Shown one piece after another: positions 6,804 to 10,032 of a stretch of DNA of 10,032 nucleotides; within the stretch, counting starts at the first letter, position 1, and every line of letters starts with the position of its first letter. Both the position numbers and the translations under genes were made by a program. The notes below the pieces were generated by a model that had not been told where the DNA came from, searched no databases, and saw nothing but the letters and a program-made list of their open reading frames with translations. Source of the stretch: Promethearchaeota archaeon (GTDB taxonomy: Archaea > Asgardarchaeota > Lokiarchaeia > Sigyniarchaeales > SOKP01); assembly GCA_048941265.1 (NCBI GenBank), contig JBHLNT010000156.1, positions 1-10,032 of the forward strand, written 5' to 3'.

Positions 6804-7379
6804 ATGATGATGAAAAAGAAATCTTTTAATGATCTTTTAAAAATTGATGATGACGATAAGAAAATCATCGAAATGATCGAACGTGACCCCGATATAACAC
6901 ATAGCGATATCGCAAAAGAAATTGAAAAAAGTCAACCTGCTGTAGGGGCGCGTATTATAAAACTTGAACGTAAAAACCTATTAGCAAAACAGGTAGGGTT
7001 CAATATAAAAAAAGTTGATATTAAAGTCGCTATTGCTTATATTTCGACGAAAGACGTTGATAAAATCGTCGAAAAGATTGAAGATTGTCCATTTATTAAC
7101 CATGCATTCAAAATAAGTGGCGAATATAATTTACTCTGTTTTATAACTGCATCTGATTTACAAACTATCGAACGATTAATTGATTTATGTTTCCGGAGGG
7201 ATCCGGATGTAATCAACGTAAAGACAAGTATATTAATTGAATCTATACATGATTTCGTCATACCCATCGATTTCACTATAGAGAATTTCGATGGACGTTA
7301 TTGTGGTCCAAATTGTAACGCTAACTTAGGTACTATGAAATATAAATTCAAAGTAAACGACATTGAAGAAGAAGAGTAA
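6804..7379 (+). CDS. Lrp/AsnC-family transcriptional regulator (paralog A) with a Cys-containing tail
   Basis: HTH IDDDDKKIIEMIERDPDITHSDIAKEIEKSQPAVGARIIKLE. RAM domain CPFINHAFKISGEYNL. Tail YCGPNC. Start uncertain among 6801 (TTG), 6804, 6807 and 6810, with GGAG at 6789-6792. Confidence 0.88.
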   Translation: MMMKKKSFNDLLKIDDDDKKIIEMIERDPDITHSDIAKEIEKSQPAVGARIIKLERKNLLAKQVGFNIKKVDIKVAIAYISTKDVDKIVEKIEDCPFINHAFKISGEYNLLCFITASDLQTIERLIDLCFRRDPDVINVKTSILIESIHDFVIPIDFTIENFDGRYCGPNCNANLGTMKYKFKVNDIEEEE

Positions 7380-7391
7380 TAAAGAAATTAA

Positions 7392-7399
7392 TTTTTTTT
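7392..7399 (+). terminator. T8 tract between two convergent Lrp genes, putative terminator
   Basis: Eight T's 13 nt after the stop at 7379, in a 22-bp convergent spacer. Confidence 0.45.
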
Positions 7400-7401
7400 A
7401 A

Positions 7402-7941
7402 TTAAATTTTCCCTTGCTTCTTAGCAAGCTTGTATTTACATTTTTCGCCGCAACCCACTTCATCATTAGGTTCATGATCTTCAGAATCGAAATCAATTGG
7501 TAAAATAAAGTCCTTAGCTATTTCAGTCACCACCTCCATCGAAGTCATATTTACATCTGGATTATTCCTAAAATGATAATTCACAACTGCATCTAATTTT
7601 TCTAATTTACTGCTTGCCAAGAGAATGCATATGTTATGTTCTCCGCTTAACCGAAATGCATTAAGCATGAATGGACAGCACCTTGCCATGTCTAAAATCT
7701 CCGAAGGATTTTTAGAATTTACTTCAACTGTAGCTAAAAAAAGTTCCACTTTTTTAAAATTGATCCCTGGTTGGAACTGCAAAATACCAGACTGTTCCAA
7801 TTTTTTGATGCGCATCCCTACAGTGGGCTGACTTCTATCGATTTTTTCTGCAATTTCTGTATGTGTAAGGCCTGGGTGCTCTTGGACCAATGTAATTATT
7901 TTCCTATCTACATCATCCAGCTTTAATTTGTCACTTATCAT
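7402..7941 (-). CDS. Lrp/AsnC-family transcriptional regulator (paralog B) with a Cys-containing tail
   Basis: HTH LDDVDRKIITLVQEHPGLTHTEIAEKIDRSQPTVGMRIKKLE. RAM domain CCPFMLNAFRLSGEHNI. Tail GCGEKC. Confidence 0.9.
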   Translation of the reverse strand: MISDKLKLDDVDRKIITLVQEHPGLTHTEIAEKIDRSQPTVGMRIKKLEQSGILQFQPGINFKKVELFLATVEVNSKNPSEILDMARCCPFMLNAFRLSGEHNICILLASSKLEKLDAVVNYHFRNNPDVNMTSMEVVTEIAKDFILPIDFDSEDHEPNDEVGCGEKCKYKLAKKQGKI

Positions 7942-7970
7942 ATCTCTCTCAATTTTAATTTCATTGTCTA

Positions 7971-8009
7971 TTATATAAGAATATAATTTTTTACATTTAT
8001 AATTTGTAA
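7971..8009 (-). promoter_or_regulatory. Putative promoter of Lrp paralog B: TATA box plus an upstream TTACA-N9-TGTAA inverted repeat
   Basis: TTATATAA at 7971-7978, 30-37 nt upstream of the ATG. TTACATTTATAATTTGTAA at 7991-8009. Confidence 0.45.
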
Positions 8010-8097
8010 GTTTTTAATGCTACTATATTTAATCTCTAAAGAAGTAAATATGTCTTAAAAAAGTTTAATTTAGAATTTTAGTAACAGAAAATCAAGT

Positions 8098-9237
8098 TTA
8101 AATTATTGGATTTTTAGGATAGGAAGCTTTAAAAATTGTGCCTTTTTCTTCAGATGTAGAAAAATTAACTGTTCCCTTTAAAAACGAACTTAATAATTTC
8201 ATGCTATATGTTCCTACTCCTCTATTTGGGTCTTTTGTGGAAAATGACCTCTGAAAAATTTGCATCTGTACCTCTCTAGGGATGAAGCCAGGATTGTGAA
8301 CCCAAAATTGTACGTTTCCATTATCTAATTTGCATCCAAGCGTTATTATATTACCTTCTGGCGTGGCTTCTAATGCATTCATTAACATATTACCAATAAC
8401 TCTTCTAAGAAGTGTCCGGTCCGATGATAATTCTGCTGATTTCGACTCAGAATCAATTCGGATGATCTTATTCTCACTAATTTCCAAATTCTTATAAAGA
8501 TTAATTACTTCATTTAAAAATTCAATTGAATTAAAGGAGCTAAAATTTAATGTATAATTATCATTCTCAGCAGCATTTAAAATTCTTTGAGATTGAATCT
8601 CATCTATAAGCTTTCGAGTTAAATAATCTGCCCTTTTTAAGAGGTCTTTCCGATCGATTTCACAGTGTCCTTGTATTAATTGTATTATAGAATATAGTCC
8701 GGTAGTTGTGTTAAGAATGTCATGAAAGAAGACTCGTTCAAGAACGGCTCGTCGTTTTTCATGGCTGATATCCTGAATGGTAACTGCAGTAAATTGATCT
8801 CCCTTGATTTCTAATGGAGATGCCCATATACGCAAATCGTACGACATTTCATTCGGTCCTAAAATTAAGCGACAATCCCGCATAGAGGGATTGCCTTTTT
8901 GGGCGGATAAAACGACATTAACCGCCCCACACCAAGTACATCCCTCTGTTGTACCACATCCTCCTTCTTCCTCAGATGCATGTAAACATCCAAATAATTC
9001 ACCTGGCCTCTTTCCTATAGCTGCACTTAAATCCTCCAATCCTGTAAATTCCAATGCCCCTCTATTCATATAAACAATTTGCCTATGCTTATTAATAATA
9101 ATGAAAATCGCGGGAATTTTTCCTAAAAATTTACTTAAAATTTCATCTTTTTCGAAAAGTTTAACTTGGCTCTTTATCTCATCCTCAGAAGCACGCTCAG
9201 CAGGGGCAAACTTCGTGGGAAGCTTCTTATCTGTCAA
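8098..9237 (-). CDS. Cytoplasmic sensor histidine kinase with a Cys-rich PAS-like domain
   Basis: PAS-like IPAIFIIINKHRQIVYMN...VTIQDIS. H-box FFHDILN (H172), N-box NMLMNALEA, atypical G1 WVHNPGFIP, F-box IFQRSFSTK, G2 GVGTY. No TM segment. TTG start. Confidence 0.88.
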   Translation of the reverse strand: MTDKKLPTKFAPAERASEDEIKSQVKLFEKDEILSKFLGKIPAIFIIINKHRQIVYMNRGALEFTGLEDLSAAIGKRPGELFGCLHASEEEGGCGTTEGCTWCGAVNVVLSAQKGNPSMRDCRLILGPNEMSYDLRIWASPLEIKGDQFTAVTIQDISHEKRRAVLERVFFHDILNTTTGLYSIIQLIQGHCEIDRKDLLKRADYLTRKLIDEIQSQRILNAAENDNYTLNFSSFNSIEFLNEVINLYKNLEISENKIIRIDSESKSAELSSDRTLLRRVIGNMLMNALEATPEGNIITLGCKLDNGNVQFWVHNPGFIPREVQMQIFQRSFSTKDPNRGVGTYSMKLLSSFLKGTVNFSTSEEKGTIFKASYPKNPII

Positions 9238-9419
9238 TTCTTTGACCCTTTCTAATTTCTAATTTAAAATTTCACTATTTATAAAAAAGTCTATAATCTA
9301 AAATAATTATTATCCCTTCAAAATAATGTAAAATAGAAGATATTTAAAAATCTATCTAATATTAAAGATTAATTATATTTAAAAAAATACTAAAAATTTA
9401 GAAAAAAATCAAATAAAAT

Positions 9420-9926
9420 TTAATGTCCATTCCAGCAATGATCATCTAATTTACAATCGCATCTGCTAAAATTGAAGTCAAACGGAATAATAAAATCGGT
9501 CATAATATCTGTTATCAAATCTATTGTAACCATCATTACATCAGGATTACTTCTTAAATGGATATTCACAATCTTATCTATATCTTCAATATTAAAGCCT
9601 GCCATCATTATGCTCATATCTGTATTACCGCTCAATCTAAATGCATTTAACATAAACGGGCATTTTTTAACTATATTATAAATTTTTTCAGGGTTGTTGG
9701 TTTTAAGATCCACTCGTGCAAAATACATATCAGCCGCTTTAAGATTTATTCCTGCTTGAAATTGAAGTACCCCTTGTTCCTCAAGTTTTCTTATTCGCAT
9801 TCCTACTGTAGGTTGGCTTCTATTGACTTTTTCAGCAATTTCGGTATGCGTTAAATTAGGTTGATCTTGGACTAAAGCTATAATTTTTTTGTCAATATCA
9901 TCCATCTTTAATACTTCACTCATCAT
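9420..9926 (-). CDS. Lrp/AsnC-family transcriptional regulator (paralog C) with a Cys/His-rich tail
   Basis: HTH MDDIDKKIIALVQDQPNLTHTEIAEKVNRSQPTVGMRIRKLE. RAM domain KCPFMLNAFRLSG. Tail RCDCKLDDHCWNGH. GGGGA on the minus strand shortly upstream. Confidence 0.9.
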   Translation of the reverse strand: MMSEVLKMDDIDKKIIALVQDQPNLTHTEIAEKVNRSQPTVGMRIRKLEEQGVLQFQAGINLKAADMYFARVDLKTNNPEKIYNIVKKCPFMLNAFRLSGNTDMSIMMAGFNIEDIDKIVNIHLRSNPDVMMVTIDLITDIMTDFIIPFDFNFSRCDCKLDDHCWNGH

Positions 9927-9964
9927 ATTCTAATTTCCCCTTGTCAAATTTTTTTGAGTTTGTT

Positions 9965-9994
9965 AATAATAAAAATTTTATTATTGTATATAAC
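9965..9994 (-). promoter_or_regulatory. Putative promoter of Lrp paralog C: TATA-like element followed by a 21-bp palindrome
   Basis: Minus strand reads TTATATAC at 9993-9986. AATAATAAAA-A-TTTTATTATT at 9965-9985 lies directly downstream of it in the direction of transcription. Confidence 0.4.
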
Positions 9995-10032
9995 GATATG
10001 CCGATATTTAAATCTAACGGTAGCCAAATGAA

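Noticed and set aside
7037-9681. Short ORFs 7037..7276 (-), 7625..7831 (+), 8804..9073 (+) and 9472..9681 (+)
   Set aside because: All are antisense shadows of well-supported genes. Their mutual similarity just mirrors the Lrp paralogy.

Overview
Very AT-rich (about 30% GC by eye), gene-dense prokaryotic DNA that looks archaeal: PAC2 proteasome chaperones, a minimal SufC/SufB pair, TATA-like promoters and oligo-T terminators. An Asgard/Lokiarchaeia-like origin is plausible but is inference only. In order, the window holds a small Gly/Ile-rich membrane protein, two tandem PAC2-family proteasome assembly chaperone paralogs with aromatic C-terminal docking tails (YFQ and YYQ), a divergently transcribed sufC-sufB (SMS-type) Fe-S assembly pair, a CxxC peroxiredoxin-like protein, and a winged-helix protein. 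After these come a multi-pass membrane protein ending in a lone HisKA-like segment, three paralogous Cys-bearing Lrp/AsnC regulators, and a soluble histidine kinase whose PAS-like domain has a four-Cys motif. The best novelty candidates are a possible Fe-S/redox-sensing regulatory cluster (Cys-tailed Lrp trio, Cys4 PAS kinase, catalytic-domain-less membrane HisKA protein), an SmsC with rearranged C-terminal cysteines, and the duplicated PAC2 pair. No rRNA, tRNA, CRISPR array or mobile element was recognised. All family calls come from motif reading, not database searches.
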